A stretch of DNA of 63,392 nt, from positions 1-63,392 of the forward strand of contig CAYNLB010000006.1 of NCBI GenBank assembly GCA_964397935.1, given 5' to 3'. The position numbers and the translations under genes are program-made. The notes beneath the pieces are model-generated. The model was not told the origin of the DNA. It did not search any database and saw only the letters and a program-made list of their open reading frames with translations. Of the stretch, positions 1-10,322 are shown in pieces (the stretch's first letter is position 1; each line of letters begins with the position of its first letter). This DNA comes from an uncultured Mycobacterium sp. Its GTDB lineage: Bacteria; Actinomycetota; Actinomycetes; Mycobacteriales; Mycobacteriaceae.

Positions 1-1673
<1,673 letters not shown>

Positions 1674-1690
1674 CGGGCCCTAAACCGCGA

Positions 1691-2926
1691 TCACCGCGAC
1701 TGCCCGTGCCGCACCTGATTGAAGGGCACGCCGCGGTCGGCGGCGTATTCCCGCGGGAAGCCCAGCACCCGCTCGCCGATGACGTTGCGCGCCATCTCGG
1801 TGGTACCGCCGCCAATGGCGACGGTCTGCCGCGACAGGTAGCGCAGCCCGGTCTCCAGGCCCTCTCCGCGCTCCCCTATGACGCCGGCACATCCTGCGAT
1901 GGCCAGCGCCGTATCGACATCCAGTGTCACGGTCTCGGAGTGGAACAGCCTGATGAGCGTTCCGGCGGCCGGCGGCAGCACACCGTCTCGGACGCTGCGG
2001 TACACGTGCGAGATCAACTGCTCGGCGACCGCGCGGTGCACCAGCACCCGACCCGCCATCTCCTGCACGCGTTCGTCATCGGCATGCCCGGTCTTCTCCG
2101 CAAGGGAAACGTAGTCAACGGGATTCGCATTACCGCCCTCGCTGCCGCTGCCGCTGGCGAACTCCGACCCCTGCCCCACTGCTCGACGTTCGTGATAAAG
2201 CTGTCGCGACGCCACCACCCAGCCGCCGTCGACCTCCCCGACGACAGCTTCGTCGCCGACGTCCACGTCGTCGAGGAACTCTTCGCAGAACTCGGTCGAG
2301 CCACTCAGCATGGTGATGCGCCGCAACGTGATTCCGGGATGGGCAATGGGCACCAAGAACATGGTCAAGCCCTCGTGCTTGGGGACATCCCAATTGGTAC
2401 GGGCCAGACACAGCCCGTAATCGGCAGCGAACGCGCTGGTGCTCCACGTTTTGGCGCCGTTGATCACCCAGCGGTCGCCGCGGCGCTCGGCCCGCGTGAT
2501 GACACCGGCCAGATCTGATCCGCCGCTGGGCTCACTCAACAGCTGCACCAGCACCTCGTCACCGCGCAGTGCCGCGGCAATGCGCTGCTTCTTCTGGTCT
2601 TCGCTGCCGGTGTCGAGCAAGGTGGCGCAGCAGATGGTGAACGTCGGCGTGTTGAGTATCAACGGCATTTCGTAGGTGTGGGTTTCGCCGTCGAATGCCT
2701 GCTGATACTCGTAGTCCAGCCCCAGGCCGCCGTACTCGCGGGGAAAGCAGATGCCGGCGAATCCCCCGTCATACAGCCGCTTTTGCAGTTCTCGGGCCCT
2801 CGCCCAGGATCGTTCGTCGTCACGCGGGGCAGGCGGAGGGAACTCGGGGTCGATGACGGGCATGTTGTCCGCCAACCACGCTCTGGCCCGGGCAGCGAAC
2901 TCCGCGACGGATTCGGTCGACGTCAT
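1691..2926 (-). CDS. Acyl-CoA dehydrogenase (larger, probably catalytic subunit of a tandem pair)
   Basis: Motifs SEPSGGSDL, INGAKTWST, FCEEF, IGGGTTE; 4-bp overlap with the upstream ACAD. Confidence 0.92.
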   Translation of the reverse strand: MTSTESVAEFAARARAWLADNMPVIDPEFPPPAPRDDERSWARARELQKRLYDGGFAGICFPREYGGLGLDYEYQQAFDGETHTYEMPLILNTPTFTICCATLLDTGSEDQKKQRIAAALRGDEVLVQLLSEPSGGSDLAGVITRAERRGDRWVINGAKTWSTSAFAADYGLCLARTNWDVPKHEGLTMFLVPIAHPGITLRRITMLSGSTEFCEEFLDDVDVGDEAVVGEVDGGWVVASRQLYHERRAVGQGSEFASGSGSEGGNANPVDYVSLAEKTGHADDERVQEMAGRVLVHRAVAEQLISHVYRSVRDGVLPPAAGTLIRLFHSETVTLDVDTALAIAGCAGVIGERGEGLETGLRYLSRQTVAIGGGTTEMARNVIGERVLGFPREYAADRGVPFNQVRHGQSR

Positions 2927-4077
2927 CTGATCGAACGACCCGCTTTCTCGTAGTCATAGACACGCAGATTATGTTCTTCCGGCGTTCCAAACATCGAGCG
3001 GTACAACGTGACCCGGCGAAGGTAGAGATGCAGGTCATGCTCCCAGGTGACGCCGATGCCACCGTGCATCTGCACGCATGCCTGAACGATTTGGCCAGCC
3101 ATCTCGCCGACGTACGACTTGGCGACGCTGGCGGAAAAGCCGGCCGCGGGCGAGCCGGCGGCAACATCGGTAACCGCCGCGGCCGTAGTGGCGCGGCAGG
3201 CTTCCAGCCACAGCTTCATATCGGCGAACTTGTGTTTGAGCGCTTGATACGACGCCAGCGGACGACCGAAGGTGTGGCGGTCCAAAGCCCATTGGACGGT
3301 GAAGTCAAACACCGTCTGCAGGATGCCGACCACCTCGGCGCACTGCAGCACCTGGGCGATTTGGCTCTGGCGATCGACCAGCGCAGCGGTCTCGGCGGCC
3401 GTGCCGACGGCCGCGGACCGGTCCACGATGACCCCGTCTAAATGCACCCGGGCGTATTGCTTGACCAGGTCGACGGACTGCTGGGTTGTGATCGTGACCC
3501 CCGGCGCCTCCGTTGGGACCAGAAACTGGCCGATGTCGGAAGCGGTTGGGCCACAACGGGCCACCACCAGCAGCACCGAACTCTGGGACCCCGCCTCGAC
3601 GCGGTCCTTGGTGCCGTCGATGCGGTAACCGGAGTCGGTCTGGGTGGCCGTCACCTGTGGATTCAGCGGCGCCCAGCCCTGGCCCGGCTCAGAAACCGCC
3701 CAGGAGGCCACCGTTTCACCCGACATCAGCGACTCGATGGTGGCGGCGTGCGCCCGCCGGTCTGCGCAACCGACGAGCGCCGCCAGCACGACGCTGACCG
3801 GAAACAGCGGTCCGGGCGCCACCGTCTTGCCGAGTTGTTCGGCGACCATAGCCAGGTCGGCCAGACCGCTCTCCGAGACGCAGCCACCACCCAATTCCTC
3901 GGGAACGAGCAGACCCGTCCAGCCGAGCTCGGCGGCGCGGCGCCACCATGCCGGTTCGAAGGACGTTCCCGCCGCATGCAGCTCCCGCACCCGGCGCAGC
4001 GGCGCTTCCTTCTCCAGAAAAGCTTGTGTTGTGGAGGTGAACAATACTTTTTCGGGAGAGTCGACGGTGGACATCAT
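2923..4077 (-). CDS. Acyl-CoA dehydrogenase (partner subunit)
   Basis: RHTFGRPLASYQALKH and QMHGGIGVTWEH; start moved to ATG 4077 behind an AAGGAA RBS. Confidence 0.9.
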   Translation of the reverse strand: MMSTVDSPEKVLFTSTTQAFLEKEAPLRRVRELHAAGTSFEPAWWRRAAELGWTGLLVPEELGGGCVSESGLADLAMVAEQLGKTVAPGPLFPVSVVLAALVGCADRRAHAATIESLMSGETVASWAVSEPGQGWAPLNPQVTATQTDSGYRIDGTKDRVEAGSQSSVLLVVARCGPTASDIGQFLVPTEAPGVTITTQQSVDLVKQYARVHLDGVIVDRSAAVGTAAETAALVDRQSQIAQVLQCAEVVGILQTVFDFTVQWALDRHTFGRPLASYQALKHKFADMKLWLEACRATTAAAVTDVAAGSPAAGFSASVAKSYVGEMAGQIVQACVQMHGGIGVTWEHDLHLYLRRVTLYRSMFGTPEEHNLRVYDYEKAGRSIR

Positions 4078-4208
4078 GCCGGCGAATTCCTTTTTGCCAT
4101 TCGAGCACTGCATCCAAAGATGCACGGGAGGCAGTTTTGGTGTTTGATCATCCGCCTGATCGGTCCTCGTCGGAGTTCGCTGGGGATCTTGATATTAGCA
4201 ATCGGCGA

Positions 4209-4227
4209 TACGGTAAGAGATACCGGA
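4209..4227. promoter_or_regulatory. Putative 19-bp cluster operator, copy 1 (TACGGTAA-GAG-ATACCGGA)
   Basis: Halves match 7/8 and 5/8 to TACTGTAA-N3-TTACAGTA; lies upstream of the ACAD pair. Confidence 0.5.
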
Positions 4228-4307
4228 GCTCGGTCGGTAGAGATGGCGACCAGTCCTGAGCGCGACGCTTGGTAACGGTCGGGACGCATCACCGGGGTGC
4301 ACGCCCG

Positions 4308-5267
4308 CTACATGGTGAACACGCGGCGCAGTGCCTGCGCGTGCAACGCCCGGTTCTCTTCGGAGACAATCCAATCCGGAACCACCGAGTCGAACCCGTT
4401 GAATGTCGCTGCGATGACGTGCAACTCGGTGTGGACGTAGGCATGCAGCAGCCGGTTGGCGTAGGCGATGGCTTCGTCGCGGCATGGGTCGATCTCGGAG
4501 CAGCTGATGAAGGTGGGCGGCAGCCCCTCCAGGTTCGCCCGGTTTGCGGGGACGTGTTGACCGCTGGCGCTCGCGTGACCGAGGTAGTGGCTCCACGCCC
4601 GGCTCACGGCCGGACCGTTGAGGCCCGGTGTGCGCTGGAACTCGCGCCGCGACGGGGTGGCATCGGAATCGAGCATCGGCTGGTGCAGGATCTGCATGAG
4701 GATCTGTGGCCCCTCCTGGTCGAACATGCGCTGACTCAGGCCCGCGACCAGCGCCGCACCCGCGTCCCGGCCCATCACCGCGATCCGGCCGGCGTGCACA
4801 TCCAGGTCGGCGTCGTTCTCGACGGCATGGCGAAACGCCGCTTCGATGTCGTCCAGCGCCGCCGGACACGGATTTTCCGGCGCCAGCCGATAGTCGACCG
4901 ACACCACCAGACAGCTGGCATTCCGGGCCAGCTCCACACACTGCGCATGATCGGTGTCCAGGTTTCCGGTGACGAAGGCACCTCCGTGTGCATACACAAC
5001 CAGAGGCGCCGGAGATCCGCTCAGTCCGCGATACAGACGAAGGCCCAGCTGACGGCCGTCTGGACCGGCGATCGATCGCGATTCGACGGCCACCCCGTCG
5101 GTGTCGGCCGTCGCGGCCCGCTGCGCGGCGCGAAGGTTGGCGTGTTCCCGCTCGGCGGGCAGCGTCTCGCCGCGGAATTCGACGACGCCCAGGTCGGCGG
5201 CAGCCTCCCGCAGCACCGGGTCTATGCGGTTGAGGCCCTGCGGCCGTGTCAGATTCGTCTGTGTCAT
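4308..5267 (-). CDS. HSL/Lip-family alpha/beta hydrolase fold protein with a non-canonical active site
   Basis: HGGAF, VDYRLAPE and EIDPCRDE present; GDSAG reads GRDAG and HGF reads NGF. Confidence 0.85.
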   Translation of the reverse strand: MTQTNLTRPQGLNRIDPVLREAAADLGVVEFRGETLPAEREHANLRAAQRAATADTDGVAVESRSIAGPDGRQLGLRLYRGLSGSPAPLVVYAHGGAFVTGNLDTDHAQCVELARNASCLVVSVDYRLAPENPCPAALDDIEAAFRHAVENDADLDVHAGRIAVMGRDAGAALVAGLSQRMFDQEGPQILMQILHQPMLDSDATPSRREFQRTPGLNGPAVSRAWSHYLGHASASGQHVPANRANLEGLPPTFISCSEIDPCRDEAIAYANRLLHAYVHTELHVIAATFNGFDSVVPDWIVSEENRALHAQALRRVFTM

Positions 5268-5273
5268 ACCCTC

Positions 5274-5435
5274 TCATCTTCCGGGCTCATGGTGCGGGTA
5301 ATCGTCCGGCGTGGATGGGGAGCCCCGCCGGAGGCCACCTTCAAGGTAGACCTGCGATTCCATGCGGTGGAAGATGAGGTGCTGTCGTCGCGTCAGCAGC
5401 CGGGCGATCCAGCCGGCGCCGGTGTGCGCATTCAC
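5274..5435 (-). CDS. Putative small protein (53 aa), below the ORF-track cutoff
   Basis: GTG to TGA open frame, MNAHTGAGWIARLLTRRQHLIFHRMESQVYLEGGLRRGSPSTPDDYPHHEPGR, ending 6 nt before the hydrolase ATG; GGGAG lies upstream. Confidence 0.4.
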   Translation of the reverse strand: MNAHTGAGWIARLLTRRQHLIFHRMESQVYLEGGLRRGSPSTPDDYPHHEPGR

Positions 5436-5613
5436 CGTTTCCGGGTCGGACTCCCGTCCGGTGCAGCCCCACGGGCACCCGCGGTACGTCGTTGGGCTTC
5501 GTTGCTATTTATACTATGATAGCGATATTCCGCTCGGTACCAACCTGCCGTAGACGTCAGCGGCGTCATAGACCCGCGTGACCGGCCTTACCGATTCCCC
5601 AGGAGGAGCGCTG

Positions 5614-6840
5614 ATGACGCTCAGCACCGATTCCGACGGGCATCCCGTCACGCTCGACCTGACCGGTGAAAGCAGCCCCTACCCCTTCTTCGAATACATG
5701 AGGCGCACGGATCCGGTGTGGCACGGTTCATTGGGGGACCCTTCGCAACTTCCCGAGGAGCTGCTACCGACCGACGAGTGGGTCTTGTTCGGCTACGACG
5801 CGGTTTTTCAGGCTTTCCGGGACGACCGGATCTTCACGTCGGCCGCCTACGACAAGACAATCGGGTTGGTGATGGGGCACACGATTCTGGCAATGGGCGG
5901 CAAGGAGCACCACGACCACCGCAATCTGGTGGCCAAAGCCTTCCGCGCCACCGCGCTGGAACGCTGGGAGCCATCGGTCATCGGGCCGGTCTGCGATGAA
6001 CTGGTCGACGAAATCAAAAAGGACGGCCAGGCCGACCTGGTGAAGGCGGTGACGTTCGAGTTTCCCACCCGGATCATTTCGACGCTGCTCGGGCTTCCGC
6101 CTGAGGACCTCGACCTTTTCCGGCGGTTGTCGCTCGACCTCATTTCGATTCCGACCGACATCGTGGCGGGGTTGAATGCGGCGACGCAACTCCACGATTA
6201 CTTCCTCGAGCAGGTCGAACAGCGGCGCCGCAAACTCACCGATGACATCATCGGCGACCTGGTTGCCGCTGAGATCGACGGTGAAAAGCTCACCGACGAG
6301 GCGATCATCGGTTTCTTGCGGCTGCTGCTGCCCGCCGGGCTGGAGACCACCTATCGCTCGTCGGGCAACCTGCTCTACCTGCTGCTGACCCATCCCGAGC
6401 AGCTGGCCATGGTCTACCGGGACAGGTCACTGATTCCGGGCGCGATCGAAGAAGGCCTGCGGTTCGAAACCCCCCTGACCATGGTCACGCGGACCACGAC
6501 CGACGAAGTCGAAATAGGCGGCAAGACGATCCCGCCGGACGCGCAGATCGATCTGTGCATGGGCTCGGCAAACCGCGACGAAAGCCGATGGACCGACGCG
6601 AACACGTTCGACATTCGCCGACCGCGGCAAGCCCACATCGCCTTCGCCGGCGGTATCCACATGTGCCTCGGCATGCACCTCGCCCGACTGGAAACTCGTG
6701 TCATGTTGAACAGCCTGTTCGACCGCGTAGCGAACCTGGCATTCGTCCACGACGACGCGACCGGTACGGAGTCCAAGATCGTTGGCCTGACCTTCCGGTC
6801 ACCCAACAAACTCCCGGTCACCTTCACCCCGGCCGCATGA
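5614..6840 (+). CDS. Cytochrome P450
   Basis: I-helix AGLETT, EGLR, heme motif FAGGIHMCLG; AGGAGG RBS before ATG 5614. Confidence 0.95.
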   Translation: MTLSTDSDGHPVTLDLTGESSPYPFFEYMRRTDPVWHGSLGDPSQLPEELLPTDEWVLFGYDAVFQAFRDDRIFTSAAYDKTIGLVMGHTILAMGGKEHHDHRNLVAKAFRATALERWEPSVIGPVCDELVDEIKKDGQADLVKAVTFEFPTRIISTLLGLPPEDLDLFRRLSLDLISIPTDIVAGLNAATQLHDYFLEQVEQRRRKLTDDIIGDLVAAEIDGEKLTDEAIIGFLRLLLPAGLETTYRSSGNLLYLLLTHPEQLAMVYRDRSLIPGAIEEGLRFETPLTMVTRTTTDEVEIGGKTIPPDAQIDLCMGSANRDESRWTDANTFDIRRPRQAHIAFAGGIHMCLGMHLARLETRVMLNSLFDRVANLAFVHDDATGTESKIVGLTFRSPNKLPVTFTPAA

Positions 6841-7994
6841 GAAGCCGCGCGGCGATACTGCACGACGTCGGCGGTCCGTGGTCTGTCGAGGAATTCCAGC
6901 TCGACCCACCCCGCGCCGGTGAAGTCCTGGTCGAGATGGCCGCCGCCGGGTTGTGTCACTCCGACGACCACATCCTCAAAGGGGATATGTCGGCCCCCAA
7001 CGAAGTGATGCGATCCCTGGGGCTGCCCACCATGTTTCCCACGATCGGCGGCCATGAGGGTTCGGGCATCGTACGGGAAGTCGGCAACGGCGTAACCGAT
7101 TTCGCGCCGGGAGACCATGTGGTGATGTCATTCGTCGCGGTGTGCGGACAGTGCCGCTGGTGCGCGACGGGCATGGAGTACCTCTGCGACGTCGGCATCG
7201 GCACCATGATCCCCGGCATGCCCACCGACGGCACCTTCCGCCATCACACCGTCGACGGCCGGCCGCTAGGTCATTTGTCCAAGATCGGCGCATTCGCCGA
7301 ACACACCGTGGTATCCACGAATTCGCTGGTTAAGATCGAGCCGCAGTTGCCGTTGACACCATGTGCATTGCTGTCCTGCGCCATTCCGACCGGCTACGGG
7401 TCGGCCGCGAATCGCGCCGGCGTGCGCGGTGGCGACACCGTCGTCGTCATCGGCGCGGGCGGAATCGGCACGGGAGCGATCCAAGGTGCCCGGGTCAACG
7501 GCGCCGCTCAGATCGTCGCCGTCGACCCGGTCGACTTCAAACAGAAGTCGGCGTTGCAGTTCGGTGCAACCCACAGCGTTGCAACGGTTGCCGAGGCCCA
7601 CGACCTGGTGCGCGACCTTACGTATGGGGTCATGGCCGACGCTGTCGTCGTGTCGCCGTCATTGATCACCGCCGAGGACGTCCGAGATGCGGTGAAGCTG
7701 ACCCGCAAGGGCGGGATTTGTGTGCTCACCGGCATGACCTCACAGTTGACTCGGTCAGTCAAGATCGACCTGCAGGACTTCATCCTGATGAACAAGACGC
7801 TGGCCGGCACCATATTCGGTTCCTGCAACCCGAAGGCGGACATCGCTCGGCTGGCCAGGCTCTATCAGACCGGGCAGCTCCAGCTCGATGAGATGATCAC
7901 CAGGCGCTATCGCCTCGATGACATCAACGACGCCTACGACGACCTTCTCAACGGCAAAATCATCCGGGGCATCATCGATTTCGGGATCGCCTGA
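6837..7994 (+). CDS. Zn-dependent alcohol dehydrogenase, NDMA-dependent (mycofactocin-associated) type
   Basis: GLCHSDDH, GHEGSG, CGQCRWC..C, GAGGIG; ATGA overlap with the P450 stop defines the start. Confidence 0.88.
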   Translation: MRSRAAILHDVGGPWSVEEFQLDPPRAGEVLVEMAAAGLCHSDDHILKGDMSAPNEVMRSLGLPTMFPTIGGHEGSGIVREVGNGVTDFAPGDHVVMSFVAVCGQCRWCATGMEYLCDVGIGTMIPGMPTDGTFRHHTVDGRPLGHLSKIGAFAEHTVVSTNSLVKIEPQLPLTPCALLSCAIPTGYGSAANRAGVRGGDTVVVIGAGGIGTGAIQGARVNGAAQIVAVDPVDFKQKSALQFGATHSVATVAEAHDLVRDLTYGVMADAVVVSPSLITAEDVRDAVKLTRKGGICVLTGMTSQLTRSVKIDLQDFILMNKTLAGTIFGSCNPKADIARLARLYQTGQLQLDEMITRRYRLDDINDAYDDLLNGKIIRGIIDFGIA

Positions 7995-7996
7995 CG

Positions 7997-8728
7997 CTAT
8001 TTTTTGCGGGCCATCACCCGCTGCATCTGACCGTAGGCGTCGATTGGGCTGTGCAGTGCCAATCCGCCGTCGGCGTGCACCACTTGACCAGTCACCCAGG
8101 GCAATTCGAGCACACCCACGATAGCTCCGGCCACGTCGGTGGCCTCGCCCACACCGCCCAGCGCGGTCCGTTCGGACAGGGCGTCCACCCAACCGGGAAG
8201 CCGTTCACCGTCTACGAACATCGGCGTCCGGGTGACACCCGGCCCGACGGCGTTGACCCGTATCCCGAAACTGCCCCACTCCACGGCGGCGACCTTCACC
8301 AACATGTCCACCCCGGCCTTCGACACGCAGTAGGCGCCCATTTCCCGGTCGGCGACAGTACCGCTGATGCTGGAGACGGCAACGATCGAGCCGCCCGCCC
8401 CGGCGTCGACCATGGCTTGAGCTCCGGCACGAATGGTCAGCCAGGTACCCGTGAGATTCACGGCCAGCACCCGCTCCCACTCCGCAACCGGCTGTTCCAG
8501 CAGCATGCCTGACACACCGATCCCGGCACAGGTCACTATGCGGGTGGGCACACCATGCTCGCGTACCGTTTGTTCCATCGCAGCCGATACCGCGTCGGGA
8601 TCGCTGACATCGCAAATGATATCGGCACCGGACAGGTCCCAGACCACGACATCGTGGCCCGCACCGCGCAACCGGGTAGCGACTTCACGCCCGATGCCGG
8701 ATGCCCCACCTGTCACCACCGCGGTCAT
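7997..8728 (-). CDS. Short-chain dehydrogenase/reductase
   Basis: TGGASGIG, YCVSK, IRVNAVGPG. Confidence 0.92.
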   Translation of the reverse strand: MTAVVTGGASGIGREVATRLRGAGHDVVVWDLSGADIICDVSDPDAVSAAMEQTVREHGVPTRIVTCAGIGVSGMLLEQPVAEWERVLAVNLTGTWLTIRAGAQAMVDAGAGGSIVAVSSISGTVADREMGAYCVSKAGVDMLVKVAAVEWGSFGIRVNAVGPGVTRTPMFVDGERLPGWVDALSERTALGGVGEATDVAGAIVGVLELPWVTGQVVHADGGLALHSPIDAYGQMQRVMARKK

Positions 8729-8877
8729 TGCGCAGCACCGATCAACTCGACCGGCACCCCGCCGGATGGGCGGACGTAGGCACCCGCAACGGGTGCGTGG
8801 CCGAGGCCGTCGCGCCAGAGCCGCAGCGATCGTTCGACGTCGGAGGTGCAGATCGCTGAGTGGTGAACACCTGGCAC
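8725..8877 (-). pseudogene. VOC/glyoxalase-family remnant with an internal deletion (50 aa)
   Basis: N-terminal HHSAICTSDVERSLRLWRDGLG is joined almost directly to a C-terminal-like YVRPSGGVPVELI; ATGA overlap with the SDR start. Confidence 0.65.
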
Positions 8878-8933
8878 GAGTTGCCAGTTTAGTACCCGGG
8901 CCGGTCGGTCAGTGAATCCCCCGGAGGGGCGCC

Positions 8934-9221
8934 TCAGTTCTTGACGTGGTGCAGCGCGGTGACCTGGTCCGCCAGGTCCGAGAGCGCCCGCGCTGTCGCC
9001 AGCTCCTGACCGATTTCGCGCACCAAGGAGTCGGACGGGTGACGATACGCGACTCCGAGGCCGGATAAATGCGAACCGCCCCATCGCAACTGAGCCTTCG
9101 CGTAGGTGCGTCCACCATGCTCATCGATCACCAATTTGACCATCGGATCCGTCAAAGAAACCGGACGGCTGTTCTGGTGCATGCGGCGCACCTTTCGAAT
9201 CACGCTGCGGGACAGTGCCAC
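8934..9221 (-). CDS. DUF1876 (Rv1738/Rv2632c-like, dsRBD-fold) protein; start uncertain
   Basis: IDEH..RTYAKAQL, G.G.AYRHP.D...EIGQELATARALSDLA family pattern. Confidence 0.8.
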   Translation of the reverse strand: MALSRSVIRKVRRMHQNSRPVSLTDPMVKLVIDEHGGRTYAKAQLRWGGSHLSGLGVAYRHPSDSLVREIGQELATARALSDLADQVTALHHVKN

Positions 9222-9251
9222 TTTCCATCTTATGGACCCGCGACAAGGCTC

Positions 9252-9271
9252 CTAGGGCCTTTCGTCCCCAG
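9252..9271. promoter_or_regulatory. DosR (DevR) box-like site
   Basis: CTAGGGCCTTTCGTCCCCAG matches TTSGGGACTWWAGTCCCSAA at 15/20; minus-strand -10 TAAGAT at 9227-9232. Confidence 0.65.
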
Positions 9272-9320
9272 CGGTGACGCCATTGGACACCTAACGAGGG
9301 AAGCGATCAGGCCCTCCCGA

Positions 9321-9374
9321 GCGTCACGCTGGCGTGACGCCCGGCGGTCCGCGTCACGCTGGCGTGACGCCCGG
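9321..9374. repeat. Two direct copies (30-bp period) of a palindromic unit, REP-like or terminator-like
   Basis: GCGTCACGCTGGCGTGACGCCCGG at 9321-9344 and 9351-9374; each copy contains a perfect 9-bp inverted repeat. Confidence 0.85.
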
Positions 9375-9391
9375 GCGCGCGACCGGCGTTC

Positions 9392-10213
9392 TCACGCGAT
9401 TTTGGCCATCGTGTGCTCCCACAACTCGCGCGCCAGCACGGGGTCGTCGGCTGCTCGATTGGCTTTCGCGACTTTGCCCTTCGCGTAGTATTCACCGGAA
9501 GCCCAGTCGACGTCGGGCGTGCTCGTCGCCAACCAGACCAATTGGTCGGCGCCCTCGTCCGCGGTCGCGATGAGTCGGCTGACCGGAGTGCGCTGCATGA
9601 TCGGCAGCAGCCGTGATCCCGACGCCTTGCCAATGTTGGTGTTGACGAAGCCCGGGTGAACCACCGCGGCCGAAAGCCCATCAGCGTGGTATCGCCGATG
9701 TAACTCCCTGGTGAACAAGATGTTTGCCAACTTCGCCAGTGCATAGGCGGTGGCGGGCCGGCGCCGGTCTGTCGTGTCGAAATCGGTGATCGTCACGTTG
9801 CGCAGCAGCCTTTGCGAAGAGCTGGTGGTATTGACGATCGTGGCGCGGGAATCGAGGAGCACCGGTATCAACTGCGTGGTGAGCAGAACCGGTGCCAGGT
9901 AGTTGACCTGGAAATTGACCTCGTAGCCGTCGGCCGTCTGGTAAGGCTTGGCGAACATGCCGCCGGCGTTGTTGCCCAATACATCGATCCGCGGGTAGCC
10001 GGAACGAATTTTGTCCGCCAAGACTCGTACCTGAGACAGATCGGCGAAGTCGGCCACGAAATAGTCCGCATCCAACTCCGCGGCCACCGCGGCGGTCTTG
10101 CTCTGTGACCGTCCGATCAGCACTACGTTCTCGCCGGTACGACGTAGCCGACGGGCCGCTGCGGCGCCGATGCCGTCGCTGGCGCCCGTGATGATGATCG
10201 TCCTACGCGTCAT
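9392..10213 (-). CDS. SDR oxidoreductase (retinol dehydrogenase-like subgroup)
   Basis: TGASDGIG, NNAG, YALAK, VHPGFVNT; GGAGG RBS. Confidence 0.9.
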   Translation of the reverse strand: MTRRTIIITGASDGIGAAAARRLRRTGENVVLIGRSQSKTAAVAAELDADYFVADFADLSQVRVLADKIRSGYPRIDVLGNNAGGMFAKPYQTADGYEVNFQVNYLAPVLLTTQLIPVLLDSRATIVNTTSSSQRLLRNVTITDFDTTDRRRPATAYALAKLANILFTRELHRRYHADGLSAAVVHPGFVNTNIGKASGSRLLPIMQRTPVSRLIATADEGADQLVWLATSTPDVDWASGEYYAKGKVAKANRAADDPVLARELWEHTMAKIA

Positions 10214-10322
10214 TGCCCAGTCCTCCACGGGGAGTGTAACGATCGCGGCCGTGGAGTACCGGCACTAGGCGGCTCGCTCAATGAGCCGGGTGCGAAGAGG
10301 AGTTTGGCAGCGGCCGGCGCCC

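Noticed and set aside
5502-5525. Ninth copy of the 19-bp operator upstream of the first P450
   Set aside because: TACTATG is only a weak half-site with no partner at the right spacing; it is better read as a -10 with a different flanking repeat.
9321-9374. Possible CRISPR array
   Set aside because: Only two units with a 6-bp spacer, and no cas genes.
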